This document shows, in pieces, positions 32,201-41,785 of a stretch of DNA of 54,994 bases. Numbering within the stretch: the stretch's first letter is position 1; the number at the start of each line of letters is the position of its first letter. The notes below the pieces were generated by a model, which was not told the DNA's origin, did no database searches, and was given only the letters and a program-made list of their open reading frames with translations. The DNA is taken from contig JAPLYG010000007.1 of assembly GCA_026395685.1 (NCBI GenBank), positions 1 through 54,994 on the forward strand, written 5' to 3'. The stretch is from Candidatus Parcubacteria bacterium. GTDB lineage: Bacteria; Patescibacteriota; Patescibacteriia; CAIXNZ01. A program made the translations under genes and the position numbers.

Positions 32201-32625
32201 CTTTTGGCCATGAGGTGACTGTGGGCTACAAATATATGCTTAAATTGAACCATATGGTGGAAGATAAAATTCACCAGCGTTCAATCGGACCATATTCGCT
32301 CATTACGCAGCAACCATTGGGCGGCAAAGCTCAGTTCGGCGGACAAAGGTTTGGTGAAATGGAGGTTTGGGCGTTGGAGGGTTACGGCGCAGCGCATACT
32401 TTGCAGGAAATTTTGACTATTAAGTCTGATGATGTGCCTGGTCGCGCCAAAGCATATGAATCAATTATCAAAGGCGAACCAATAAGAAAATTAAATATTC
32501 CCGAATCTTTCAATGTCTTGGTCAGAGAACTTAAAGGCTTAGGTTTGGATGTGGAATTATTGCAGGGCAAAGAAAAGATTGCCGAGGAATCTTCAGATAC
32601 TTCTAAAAAAGAACGAGACAAATAA
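29248..32625 (+). CDS. rpoB: RNA polymerase beta subunit
   Basis: GTFIINGIER, SQFMDQVNPL, TPEGPNIGL, GDKMAGRHGNKG, GGQRFGEMEVWALE. Confidence 0.98.
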   Translation: MSSKKTSSSITTNQPTTSLSKRKFFTKAHQAMEVPNLVEVQSNSYRWFLKEGLHELFDEISPIKDFGGRNLELYFKDYYLDEAKFDEKTSKAKNITYEAPLRVKASLVNKKDNTKKEQEIFLGDFPIMTDRGTFIINGIERAVISQIIRSAGVFFTSNYTRGKRYYGAKIIPNRGAWLEIETDTNNILWVKIDRKRKVALTSLLRAFGYSSEEEILALFKDVDNNPNVKFIANTLTKDIAKNMDDGLIEVYKRIRPGDLATADNAKSLIYSMFFRFERYDLGKVGRYKINQRFNLDLANIPDNRILRKEDLINIIKEIIKLNISQDDSDDVDHLSNRRIRAVGELIQNRFRIGLARMERIVRDKMSTLDIESMTPSKLVNAKPVMGVVKEFFMSSQLSQFMDQVNPLAELEHKRRISAMGPGGLSRERAGFEVRDVHTTHYGRICPIATPEGPNIGLVGHLASYARVNEYGFIETPYRIVERTALEDIKDPETNKVAVKKGQVIPREIIDKLRAKNILLKAKARVTDSIVYVNALSEERSVTTAATTELDADGYFINEKAEVRRFGKPEVAVVEQIDYMDVASNQIVSISTSCIPFLEHDDAVRALMGTNMQRQAVNLIRPVTPYVGTGMEKNAALYSGYLAISSHDGKVTAVDGSGIEVLEDNGELKHYDISKFQRSNASTCINGHPTIKLNEHVKKGQIMSDGPSITDGELALGQNVLVAFMAWQGYNYEDAIIISERVVQKDYFTSIHIENYQVEVRETKLGPELITADIPNIAEEKLKNLDENGVVRIGAEVSSGDILVGKITPKGETELSAEEKLLRAIFGEKARDVRDSSLYLEHGDHGKVIDIKIFTQENGDKLPPGVTQMVQVAVADLRKVQIGDKMAGRHGNKGIISNVVPVEDMPFLENGTPIDIILSPLGVVSRMNLGQILETHLGLAAHKLGFKVATPVFYGVAESKIKELLVQAGFPESGKLTLYDGRTGDAFGHEVTVGYKYMLKLNHMVEDKIHQRSIGPYSLITQQPLGGKAQFGGQRFGEMEVWALEGYGAAHTLQEILTIKSDDVPGRAKAYESIIKGEPIRKLNIPESFNVLVRELKGLGLDVELLQGKEKIAEESSDTSKKERDK

Positions 32626-32701
32626 TTTATCGTCTTAAGCTTGGGATTCGGATGAAACAGAAATTATTTAGAATTAAGATATTATAAATAAATTTCAATA
32701 T

Positions 32702-35700
32702 ATGATTTTCAATCAAACAAAGCCCTTGGAATTTGATAGCATACGCTTAAAATTAGCTTCGCCCGAAGTTATTAAAGGCTGGTCTTATGGGGAGGTGACT
32801 AAACCGGAAACCATAAATTATCGCACACAGAAGCCGGAAAAAGACGGTTTGTTTTGTGAGAAAATTTTTGGTCCCTCGAAAGATTGGGAGTGCTATTGCG
32901 GAAAATACAAAAAGATCAGATATAAAGGAATTATTTGTGATAAATGCGGAGTAGAAGTCACTCATTCCATGGTTAGGCGTGAAAGAATGGGTCATATTGA
33001 ATTGACTAGTCCGGTTACTCATATCTGGTTTTTACGCGGCGTGCCTTCACGCTTAGGTTTGATTTTGGATATCCCGGTTCAGAGTTTGGAAAAAGTTATT
33101 TATTTTGCCAATTTTATTATTATCAAGGTTGATGAAAATTTAAAAACCCAGGCGATGGAAGCTTTAAAGGAAGAATATAAGGGCAAGGTAAAGCAAATTG
33201 ACGCTAATTTTAAAAATAGGGTGAATCAGATTAAGGTCAATAAAGATCTAAAAGATAAAGAAAAAGATAAGAAAATTATTGCTTTAAATAAAGAAAAGGA
33301 TCTGGAGGCGGCCGAACTGGAAAAGGAATATATAAAAACTGAGGCTGAGCTCAAAGATCTAAAGGTTAAAAAAATTATTACCGAGGATTTATATCAGGAT
33401 CTGTCATTAAAATTCGGACATATTTTTGAAGTCAGCATCGGAGCTGAAGCTGTTAAGAAACTGGCCGAAGCAATTGATTTGGAAAAATTAGAGAAGAAGT
33501 TAAACGCCGATGTAGAAGAAGCAGTTGGGGCAAAAAAGGAAAGATTGGTAAAAAGAATTAAGCTGGTAAAAAATTTGGTAAAAAATAAAATCAGGCCGGA
33601 ATGGATGATTATGACGAGTGTTCCGGTTATTCCTCCTGATTTGCGGCCGATGGTGCCTTTGGATGGCGGTCGTTTTGCCACTTCTGATTTAAATGATTTA
33701 TATAGACGCGTAATTAACCGCAATAACAGATTAAAAAAATTAAAAGAATTAAACGCTCCGGAAGTTATTATCCGCAATGAAAAAAGAATGCTTCAGGAAG
33801 CGATTGATGCTTTATTGGATAATAGTGCGCGCCATACTAAAACAACTACGGCTTCAACCGGACAAAAAAGACAATTAAAATCCATTGCTGATATTTTAAA
33901 AGGCAAGCAGGGTCGTTTCCGTCAGAACTTACTGGGTAAAAGAACTGATTATTCCGGACGCTCAGTAATTGTTGTCGGCCCTAATTTAAATCTGTCTCAA
34001 TGCGGCTTGCCCAAAAGAATGGCTTTGGAATTATTCAAGCCTTTTATCATCAGCCAGTTAATTAAACGTGAATTTGTACATAATATAAGAAGCGCTAATC
34101 GTTTTATTGAAAGCAACAGGCCAGAAGTCTGGGATATTTTGGAAGAAGTCGTGAAAGACGCTCATGTCCTTTTGAATCGTGCACCGACCCTCCATCGTTT
34201 GGGTATTCAGGCATTTAAGCCCATTTTAATCGAAGGTAAAGCTATCCAGCTTCATCCTTTGGTTTGCGCTGCTTTTAATGCTGATTTTGACGGCGATCAA
34301 ATGGCTGTCCATGTGCCTTTAACTGAGCAGGCAAAACTGGAAGCAAAAGAAATAATGCTTTCTTCCAAGAATTTACTCAAGCCTGCTACTGGTAATCCTA
34401 TTACTACTCCAAGAATGGATATTGTCTGGGGCTGCTATTATATTACAGCTTTAGAAAAACGGGAAAAACCGAAAATGTTCGGATCTTTTGAAGAAGCGGT
34501 TTTAGCCTACAATTCCAAGGTGATCTCTATCCAGGAAGAAATTGAAGTCCGTGAAATTCTGCCGGGGAAAACTAAAGTTGAAAGGATAAAAACCAATGTC
34601 GGCCGTATTTTATTTAATCGCGTTTTGCCCAAAGAAATCCCATATTTTAATGATCAGGTTGATACCAAAAAATTAGGCGATTTGATTAAATATGTTTTAG
34701 AAATTTTAGGCAAGGAACCGACTGCTAAGCTGCTTGATGATATAAAAAATTTGGGCTTTACCTATTTGACAATCAGCGGGTATTCCTGGGGCATGAATGA
34801 TTTGCCGGATTTAACTGGTAAAAAAGTACTTATAACTGAAGGCAATAAGCAGATTGATGAAGTTAATGAACAATATTTACAAGGTTTATTAACAAAGAGC
34901 GAACGTCATTCCAAAATAATTGAAATCTGGACAGCGATTAAGGATAAAATAGTTCAACTGGGTAAAGATGCTTTGAATAAAGAAGGCCCGGTATATTCCA
35001 TGGTTACTTCCGGCGCTCGCGGTTCTTGGGCCCAGGTTACACAGATGGTTGGTATGAAAGGCTTGGTGTCCAATCCTGCCGGTGAAATTATTGAATTGCC
35101 TGTCAAAGCCAGCTTTAAAGAAGGTTTTGATGTGCTGGAATATTTTATTTCCACTCATGGTTCCCGTAAAGGCTTATCTGATACTGCGTTAAGAACAGCT
35201 AATGCCGGTTATTTAACCCGTCGTTTAGTGGATGTCTCTCAGGACGTGGTAATCTTGGAAGAAGACTGCGGTGATAAAAAAGGAATGGTATATACCAAAA
35301 AAGACAGCGATGAAATCGGCGTTAATTTGCTGGAGCGCGTTTGGGGCAGAGTTTGTCTGGAAAAGATAACTGATCCCAAAAGCGGTGAAGTAATTGTTGA
35401 TAAAGACCAGTTAATTACTGAAGCAGTAGTCCGTAAATTAAAGGATATTGAATTGCCGCAAGTTACTGTCCGTTCTGTGTTAACCTGCAGATTGACAAAA
35501 GGCGTTTGCCAAAAATGCTATGGTTATGATTTAGCTTACAATGAAATGGTTAAGCTGGGAGTCGCAATCGGCATTATTGCCGCGCAAAGTATCGGTGAAC
35601 CAGGTACACAGCTGACAATGAGAACTTTTCATACTGGTGGTGTTGCCGGCACTGATATTACTCAGGGCTTGCCCAGAGTAGAAGAATTATTTGAAGCTCG

Positions 35701-36604
35701 TCCGCCAAAACGCAAGGCAACTTTAGCTGAAGAAGACGGATTAGTCAGTATCTCAGATGCGCCTAAGCAAATTGAAAATGCTAGCGGAAAAGTAATTTTA
35801 AGCACTAGCCACGGCCAAAAGATTTTAAAAATAAAGTATGATGATGTTGATGAAGCTTCATATTCTTTTAAGGGCGATAAACCGGCTCTAAAAATTAAAG
35901 ACGGAGACAAGGTGGAAAAAGATGAAATCCTTTTTAAAGTGGGCCGCACCGAGATTAAAGCAAAAAACGCAGGCATTGTTAAAGTCGGTGAAAAAAATAT
36001 TAAAATCATCAGTAATGTCCAAAAAGAAAAAGAATATATTATCCCGACAGGATATCGCTTATGGGCAAAAGAAGGGGATTTTGTTAAAAAAGGCGACCAA
36101 TTGACCGAAGGCAGTTTGGATTTGCATCAACTTTATAAGCTTAAAGGCAGAGATGAAGTAAAACGTTATGTCGTTAAAGAAATTCAATATATTTATGCTT
36201 CCCAGGGCCAAAGATTAAATGAAAAGCATATTGAAGTAATCATTAAACAGTTATTCAGCAGGGTCATGATTAAAGATGCCGGCGATACCAATTTATTGCC
36301 CGGTGAAATAGTCGAAAAAGCAGAATTTGAAGAAGCAAATCTGGAATTAAAAGCAGTTAATAGAAAGGCAACTTGTGAAGATTTATTTTTGGGAATTACT
36401 AAAGTTTCATTGACCACCCGCAGTTTCTTATCTGCTGCGTCTTTCCAGGAAACCTCTCGCGTCCTGATCAATGCTGCCTTAACCGGCAAAGTTGATAAAC
36501 TCGAAGGCTTAAAGGAAAATGTAATTATTGGACGGTTGATTCCGGCTGGCACAGGTTTTCGGAAAAAGGTAAAAGAAGTGAAAGTTGCCACGAATGAAGA
36601 ATAA
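32702..36604 (+). CDS. rpoC: RNA polymerase beta' subunit
   Basis: [50 protein letters not shown]. Confidence 0.98.
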   Translation: MIFNQTKPLEFDSIRLKLASPEVIKGWSYGEVTKPETINYRTQKPEKDGLFCEKIFGPSKDWECYCGKYKKIRYKGIICDKCGVEVTHSMVRRERMGHIELTSPVTHIWFLRGVPSRLGLILDIPVQSLEKVIYFANFIIIKVDENLKTQAMEALKEEYKGKVKQIDANFKNRVNQIKVNKDLKDKEKDKKIIALNKEKDLEAAELEKEYIKTEAELKDLKVKKIITEDLYQDLSLKFGHIFEVSIGAEAVKKLAEAIDLEKLEKKLNADVEEAVGAKKERLVKRIKLVKNLVKNKIRPEWMIMTSVPVIPPDLRPMVPLDGGRFATSDLNDLYRRVINRNNRLKKLKELNAPEVIIRNEKRMLQEAIDALLDNSARHTKTTTASTGQKRQLKSIADILKGKQGRFRQNLLGKRTDYSGRSVIVVGPNLNLSQCGLPKRMALELFKPFIISQLIKREFVHNIRSANRFIESNRPEVWDILEEVVKDAHVLLNRAPTLHRLGIQAFKPILIEGKAIQLHPLVCAAFNADFDGDQMAVHVPLTEQAKLEAKEIMLSSKNLLKPATGNPITTPRMDIVWGCYYITALEKREKPKMFGSFEEAVLAYNSKVISIQEEIEVREILPGKTKVERIKTNVGRILFNRVLPKEIPYFNDQVDTKKLGDLIKYVLEILGKEPTAKLLDDIKNLGFTYLTISGYSWGMNDLPDLTGKKVLITEGNKQIDEVNEQYLQGLLTKSERHSKIIEIWTAIKDKIVQLGKDALNKEGPVYSMVTSGARGSWAQVTQMVGMKGLVSNPAGEIIELPVKASFKEGFDVLEYFISTHGSRKGLSDTALRTANAGYLTRRLVDVSQDVVILEEDCGDKKGMVYTKKDSDEIGVNLLERVWGRVCLEKITDPKSGEVIVDKDQLITEAVVRKLKDIELPQVTVRSVLTCRLTKGVCQKCYGYDLAYNEMVKLGVAIGIIAAQSIGEPGTQLTMRTFHTGGVAGTDITQGLPRVEELFEARPPKRKATLAEEDGLVSISDAPKQIENASGKVILSTSHGQKILKIKYDDVDEASYSFKGDKPALKIKDGDKVEKDEILFKVGRTEIKAKNAGIVKVGEKNIKIISNVQKEKEYIIPTGYRLWAKEGDFVKKGDQLTEGSLDLHQLYKLKGRDEVKRYVVKEIQYIYASQGQRLNEKHIEVIIKQLFSRVMIKDAGDTNLLPGEIVEKAEFEEANLELKAVNRKATCEDLFLGITKVSLTTRSFLSAASFQETSRVLINAALTGKVDKLEGLKENVIIGRLIPAGTGFRKKVKEVKVATNEE

Positions 36605-36619
36605 TTAAAACAGTCATAT

Positions 36620-36649
36620 AAAAAACACTCCCTGCGGGGAGTGTTTTTT
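36620..36649 (+). terminator. Intrinsic terminator after rpoC
   Basis: AAAAAACACTCCC-TGCG-GGGAGTGTTTTTT. Confidence 0.8.
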
Positions 36650-36915
36650 GTTATTTGAAAAATTGCCTATGAAGCAGGTGTGTGAGTTTAGAGCTAAGCT
36701 TTTAGGAAAGCGCATAATAACACCTTAAATATATAATAATGTTTTAATAAAGTCAGTAGCTTTAAATCAAAAAATCCAATACATTTGCTGGCGTAGCCCG
36801 CAAGATAAATATTGCCAGCTATTTTGCCTGCGGTAGCTTGTGTATACAATTAGCTAAAAACAGGAGAAAATTTCATTTTTAAGTTAGATAAATATCAGAA
36901 ATTAGTCAAAATCCA

Positions 36916-37073
36916 TTGACAAAACAACTTTCATAATTATGATATTTTGCCAATTTTAGCCAAAATGACCCAAGAGACTCTTGACAGGTCCATTTAGATT
37001 TGCTATACTGGCTAATCAAAGTTAAGAAGGAATAGGCGTTTATCTTGACAAAATTTCAAAAATGTGCTATACT
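36916..37073 (+). promoter_or_regulatory. Three tandem sigma70-type promoters
   Basis: TTGACA at 36916, 36981 and 37045 with TATGAT (N16), TGnTATACT (N17) and TGnTATACT (N17); about 65-bp spacing. Confidence 0.75.
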
Positions 37074-37100
37074 TATAAATCACCTTGAAAATATAAAAGC

Positions 37101-37431
37101 ATTTAGTCGACAGAAATATGGGGGTAGTAGTGCATCAGAATAGTAGAATTTTTTGGCCTAGCTGAAAAATCTCTACGACTGGTGTTTAACTGGTAAGACT
37201 CTGTTCTATACCAGCCGTTCCGCTTGCGGAACAACACCTCCATATTCCTGTCTGCTAAATTCAGTTTAAGTTCCGAGCCAAGGGCAGGCAGATAGTTCTT
37301 AATTATTTAAAATGTACATTATAAATTTAGAGAACTTATCTAAAGCCCTTTGTCTGGAACTTAAATAAAAATTCGTTGCCTGATTCCAAGACGGGATAGT
37401 CTCGTGTAGATTATTTTGTCTTGAAATGAGG
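37101..37431 (+). ncRNA. Structured RNA/leader: multi-branched domain plus two long hairpins
   Basis: 37101-37125 pairs with 37236-37260 enclosing three helices; hairpins 37265-37365 and 37379-37431. Confidence 0.55.
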
Positions 37432-37469
37432 AAGTGAATTTTTTTCAACAACTAGCAAAGGAGCATATA

Positions 37470-37598
37470 ATGTTTCAGGTAAAGTTCACGGAAGAAAACG
37501 GGGGATACATCAAGACCCTCGACACCCTGGCAGAGGTCAATTTCTGCCTCCACCTCAAGCTCATCGAGCATGACAGCGTCAAGCTGCTCCTCGGATGA
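37470..37598 (+). CDS. 42-aa small protein MFQVKFTEENGGYIKTLDTLAEVNFCLHLKLIEHDSVKLLLG
   Basis: AAGGAG RBS, C-ending codon bias matching the two downstream genes; below ORF-track cutoff. Confidence 0.65.
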   Translation: MFQVKFTEENGGYIKTLDTLAEVNFCLHLKLIEHDSVKLLLG

Positions 37599-37759
37599 AC
37601 TACCTCTAGAGGCCTAAACAAAGGCCCTTCACCTGAGTACAAAATAAAAATTTTGTCTTCAGGCGAGGTTCCCAAACCTCTTGATCGTATAAACAGTTAA
37701 TTAGTGTTTTTTCATAATCACAAAAACGTCTGCCAACCACCCTTAAGGAGGGATTTACC

Positions 37760-38527
37760 ATGGCAAAGAAAACCGCGTCCAAGAAAGAAGCGACCAAACC
37801 CGCCACCACCAACCTGACCCCGACCCCGGCCGAGACCCCCGAGCAGAACGGCAAGCAGTCGGAACTCACGTACCTCTGCTCCGCCTGCTCCAAGACCTAC
37901 GGCACGGCCAGCGAAGGCGTCACCACCGACGAAGACGGCAAGCCCGACTACACGAACGCCAAGATGTGGGCCAAACCGAAAACCGTGGGCGCCGAGCACG
38001 AGCCCGAGGCCATCTGCGCCGAGTGCAAGGCTCTCGCCGAGGAAGAGGCCAAGGCCGCCGGCAATCAGCCCCCGGTCTACCACCCGCTCCTGGCCACGAT
38101 CGAGCGCGACAAGCGCTGGGTCGAGAACAGGGCCCGCTACGAGGAACGGAAGCTGAACGCCGAGACCAATCGGGACAACTTCCTGGGCAAGCTCTACGAC
38201 CAGAGCCTGCGCACCGTCCGCGAAGACGTGGTCTGCCACGTCTGCGGCAAGTACCATGGATTCATCCAGTACTTCAAACCGCGGGGCGAGCGCTTCACCG
38301 TGATCGAGCACGCCACCACCGCCGTGAAGGACGGGAAGACCATGGTCCTGCCGATCTGCCGCTCCTGCAGAGCCGAAGCCGCCGAGGCCCTGGGTGACCA
38401 GTACCACGACGTCTACTTCCGCGAAGCAGTCCGGCAGACCGCCGACGCCAACGCGAAGGCCGAGAAGTTCGCGGCCTTCGTGAAACCCGCAACCCCGCGC
38501 TACATCCCGCGCGGCAAAAGGGGCTAA
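37760..38527 (+). CDS. Hypothetical double zinc-ribbon protein (4 CxxC)
   Basis: AAGGAGG RBS; CSAC, CAEC, CHVC, CRSC; strong G/C third-position bias in this frame. Confidence 0.8.
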   Translation: MAKKTASKKEATKPATTNLTPTPAETPEQNGKQSELTYLCSACSKTYGTASEGVTTDEDGKPDYTNAKMWAKPKTVGAEHEPEAICAECKALAEEEAKAAGNQPPVYHPLLATIERDKRWVENRARYEERKLNAETNRDNFLGKLYDQSLRTVREDVVCHVCGKYHGFIQYFKPRGERFTVIEHATTAVKDGKTMVLPICRSCRAEAAEALGDQYHDVYFREAVRQTADANAKAEKFAAFVKPATPRYIPRGKRG

Positions 38528-38711
38528 CCAGCTCCTCATCTTGTTCGGCAGACTGATCAACATCATGTTGGCGGGGCATTTCATCATCCGATGATTGCCC
38601 CGCCTCTTCATCTTAAAACAGAATTTTACATTGTGTTTTTAGACGAAGAAGATTCCAGTAAGTAAGTTCATAAAAAACAAACATTTAACAGCCCTAAGGG
38701 GAGGAGGAAAC

Positions 38712-39518
38712 ATGTCGAAAGCAAGCAAACTGGCTCGCCAGGCTCGTAAGAACGGGCAGGTCATGCAGGATCTTCAGACTCAGGAAGGCATGGTCAGGTG
38801 CGTCTACTGCAACACCGTCGGCCATCGTGACGAGATCACGATCGACCCGGACACCGATGCTGTGCGCAAGACTTTCCATGCTCTCCCGCGACCCCTTTCG
38901 GGTTCGACCGAGGGTATCCAGGCCGTGTGCATCTACTGCACCTTCACGCACCGCCAGGACCTGCGCAAGCAGTTTCCCGAGTGGTTCACGACCCACAAGA
39001 ATCTGCCGGTCTACGTGCATCTGCTCGAGCAGGAGATCGAGTGGGGCAAGAAGTATCCGCCGGCCATGAAGCGGGTCAACCAGTACATGGAACAGCTGCA
39101 CATCGTCCCGAACTCCTGGCAGAAATGCCACAAGTGCGGGAAGACGCACGGCGAGGTCTTCATGACTAGCTTTCTGCCCAACCTGCAGTTCCGCTGCGCC
39201 AACGTCGCCTGGGTTCTCGGCTTCCACCAGACCCTCGCCGAAGTGATGGAGCACCTGATCTGCCAGGATTGCCGCGAGACTAAAAACCAGGAAGGTATTC
39301 GTACCTTTTACCTGGAACGGACTCTGGACTTCCTGTCGGAAAAAGAGGCCAGGATCAAGCGCTTCTACCTGCACGGCAAGACTCAGCAGAAGAACTCGGC
39401 GACCGCGTCGACTCCGGCGACTGCGAAGCCCCAGGTGTACAAGGGAAATGATCCCAAATACCGGGGCGTTCCCACGCAGTTCATTCCCAAGGCGGTATTT
39501 GGCAGCAAGCACCGCTAA
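38712..39518 (+). CDS. Hypothetical double zinc-ribbon protein (4 CxxC), likely paralog of the previous gene
   Basis: GGAGGAGG RBS; CVYC, CIYC, CHKCGKTHG, LICQDCRE; strong G/C third-position bias. Confidence 0.8.
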   Translation: MSKASKLARQARKNGQVMQDLQTQEGMVRCVYCNTVGHRDEITIDPDTDAVRKTFHALPRPLSGSTEGIQAVCIYCTFTHRQDLRKQFPEWFTTHKNLPVYVHLLEQEIEWGKKYPPAMKRVNQYMEQLHIVPNSWQKCHKCGKTHGEVFMTSFLPNLQFRCANVAWVLGFHQTLAEVMEHLICQDCRETKNQEGIRTFYLERTLDFLSEKEARIKRFYLHGKTQQKNSATASTPATAKPQVYKGNDPKYRGVPTQFIPKAVFGSKHR

Positions 39519-39585
39519 ACAACAAGCGCCCACCATGGCTATAAGCTAGGTGGGCTCCATACTAAAAAACATGATCAGTTATAGC

Positions 39586-39614
39586 TTGACAAGATTATTA
39601 TAATCTGCTATCAT
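39586..39614 (+). promoter_or_regulatory. sigma70 promoter of the large non-coding unit
   Basis: TTGACA-N17-TATCAT with extended TG. Confidence 0.7.
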
Positions 39615-39620
39615 AAGATC

Positions 39621-41106
39621 ACGCTTTTCAGTAAGGAACAAGGGATATCAGTCAGAAAACTCAAAGACCTATGGCCATCGCTCGGCTCAGGTCTGCAACC
39701 CCCAATGGAGGTTCCCATGTTCACGAGCGGATTTGTCCGATGAATAGCCCACAACGTGGCTAGCCGTCCCGGGCATAAAACGGGCGTTGTTTGTCACCGT
39801 TTTGCACGTTAGCAAAATGGCGTAGTGTTGAAGGAGCAGGCCTTCCGGATGATTCGTGATCATCACTATGGAGCCGGGATTTAAATACGGCTCCACCTCA
39901 TCCAAGAACGCAAATCTTGCAAAGTAATAAAACTGCTGAACTGGCAGAGAAACAAGTTTACGTTCTTAGATGAGGTAGAACATTGAAAGAGAAAGAAAAA
40001 AAATTTTAATATAGACTGAAGCAAAGGTTCGCGGCAGAGAAATCTGCTGCGAGAGGTGAAGGCAACCACAAAGGAGCAAGGATGAAACCACGTTTTCCGA
40101 GTGGCTTTACCGCACGCCTAGGGACGCCTGGTCTCCGCAATGCGGAGTCCCGCCCCGAATAACCAGGCGCCGTATTCTTCACACCCGCAGAGTCTGACAA
40201 AGCGAAAGGAGAGGTTGCAGTGGCAGTGCTGAACTGGCTGCTGGAAGTTATTTGCCGCCTGATCCCGAAAAAGATCCGGGTGACGAGGCTTTCGGTGGCT
40301 TACTGGTTCAACGAGCACACCGTGCTTTTGAGCCAAGAGGTTTCTGTCAATGTGCAACCGCAGTCATTCGGCGACTGTATGGTGCGTTGATCAGATACCT
40401 TCAGGACGACAACATCTTCACAAAAGTACTGCTCCGCCCAAAGCGGCCTACGTCGGCTGCTAGGAGTCAGTAACTGACTGTTCTGGACATTGCCGGGGTG
40501 CGTTTGAAAGAAATATCGTTTTTACCCACGGCAATTGTTCGGACCAGTTTTTCCGAAAACCAAAGCGGGAGGGTATAAGATGCTGAGCCCGTTTGCATTC
40601 AAGACTAAACAGGGTTCCTGGTCCCCCTGCACAAAACCAGGCGCAAAGAGCTTCGCCCACTGAGCCATAATCAGCGGGCAACAGCAGAGCAGAGAGTTAA
40701 CGGGACAGCGTTCCCTTGCACGGCTTGCTCAAAAAACAGGGGATCTACGTTCGGGCTGTCCGAACAAATGACCCACGAAGTAAAAACGAGCAGCTGACTC
40801 CTTTTGTCCCGCATCGGTACCCCCGCCGACCAAAAAGGGGATTCGCGGAAACGCATGACGGAAGGAACGACCTTGTTCTCCGCCTGCGTTCCTCGATACC
40901 TGCTGACAAGCGCCGACATTTGTTCGGACCTTACCACGGCGCTTGTGCAGCGAGCCGTATGCCGGATGCGTTGGACCATCCTAAAAACCGGCCGAAAAAA
41001 AAGTGTCTGGGGTTTCCTCTGAACCCAAGCTTGCATGGCGCAGGCAGAAAAAACAGAGGCCTGGGCGGAAGCGATCGTCACCCGACGATGCGCTTCCGCC
41101 CTTTTT
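39621..41106 (+). ncRNA. Candidate large (~1.48 kb) structured non-coding RNA of unknown class
   Basis: Promoter and terminator bound it; no convincing ORF; continuous helices, A-rich linkers and long-range pairings. Confidence 0.65.
41063..41106 (+). terminator. Strong intrinsic terminator
   Basis: GGGCGGAAGCG-ATCGTC-ACCC-GACGAT-G-CGCTTCCGCCC-TTTTT. Confidence 0.8.
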
Positions 41107-41291
41107 AAATTAATGCGAATAGTATTTAGATTGCCTTAATAAAATTATCAATAAACAATTCTCAATCATCAAGCAATACCTAATACCAAAGACCTAATAA
41201 CCAAAACACATCTTTAATTTAGTATTTAAATGTTTTAATTTGTTTGGTTATTGAGAATTTATTATTTGATATTAGAAAAAGCGGTCTGAGC

Positions 41292-41345
41292 TATCATACC
41301 GAGTGAAACGAGGGAAATGGATTCCTTGCTTCGCTCTGAATGACA
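41292..41345. repeat. Degenerate copy of the REP-like TCAT…GAATGACA palindrome
   Basis: TCATACCGAGTGAAACGAGG…CCTTGCTTCGCTCTGAATGACA inside a terminator stem. Confidence 0.6.
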
Positions 41346-41378
41346 ACTAGACCGCTTTTTTTATATGTGTGTAGTAGT

Positions 41379-41684
41379 TTATTCAGAAACTGCTGCTGGC
41401 GCGCTCTTGCCTTTTAAGGCGTCTTTTAAAGCTTTGCCTGATTTGAATTTGGGGATGACAACTTCAGGAATATCAATTTTTTCATTAGGCTTCTGAGGAT
41501 TTACACCTTTACGCGCATGTCTGACTTTAGCGGAAAATGTTCCAAATCCGGTTAAGACTACTTCCTCCTGTTTTTTTAGAGTTTCAGTAATAGTATCCAG
41601 GCTGGTTTCCAGAATTTCTTCCACTTGTTTCTTAGTCAAATTTGTTTTGGAGGCAACGGCCTCGATTAAAGCTGCTTTGTTCAT
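41379..41684 (-). CDS. hup: DNA-binding protein HU
   Basis: MNKAALIEAVA, LTGFGTF, RKGVNP, PKFKSGKALKD. Confidence 0.95.
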   Translation of the reverse strand: MNKAALIEAVASKTNLTKKQVEEILETSLDTITETLKKQEEVVLTGFGTFSAKVRHARKGVNPQKPNEKIDIPEVVIPKFKSGKALKDALKGKSAPAAVSE

Positions 41685-41785
41685 ATTGGTTGATAATGTT
41701 AGATTAAGTTATATAAGATTATATTGGGTTTATGAGGTTAATTTTTAGCCAATATTACCTTAAATATATTATACACCCTGTAAAG

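Noticed and set aside
37718-39536. Long antisense ORFs of 297 and 280 aa
   Set aside because: Shadow frames caused by high GC3 of the + strand genes, which have RBS and CxxC motifs
40952-40995. Group II intron domain V (GAGCCGTATGC…)
   Set aside because: The 3' arm (…ACGTACGGTTC) and a domain VI are missing; the segment instead pairs with ACGGCTTGCT at ~40720-40729; no interrupted gene
39621-41106. 16S rRNA (similar length)
   Set aside because: No universal 16S motifs (AGAGTTTGATC, GTGCCAGCAGCCGCGGTAA, GGATCACCTCC) found on either strand
39621-41106. RNase P RNA or tmRNA
   Set aside because: No GAGGAAAGTCC/P4 signature and no tRNA-like ends; far too long
39687-41108. Short ORFs (62-136 aa) in the large non-coding unit
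   Set aside because: Overlapping on both strands, mostly TTG starts without RBS, no codon bias or motifs
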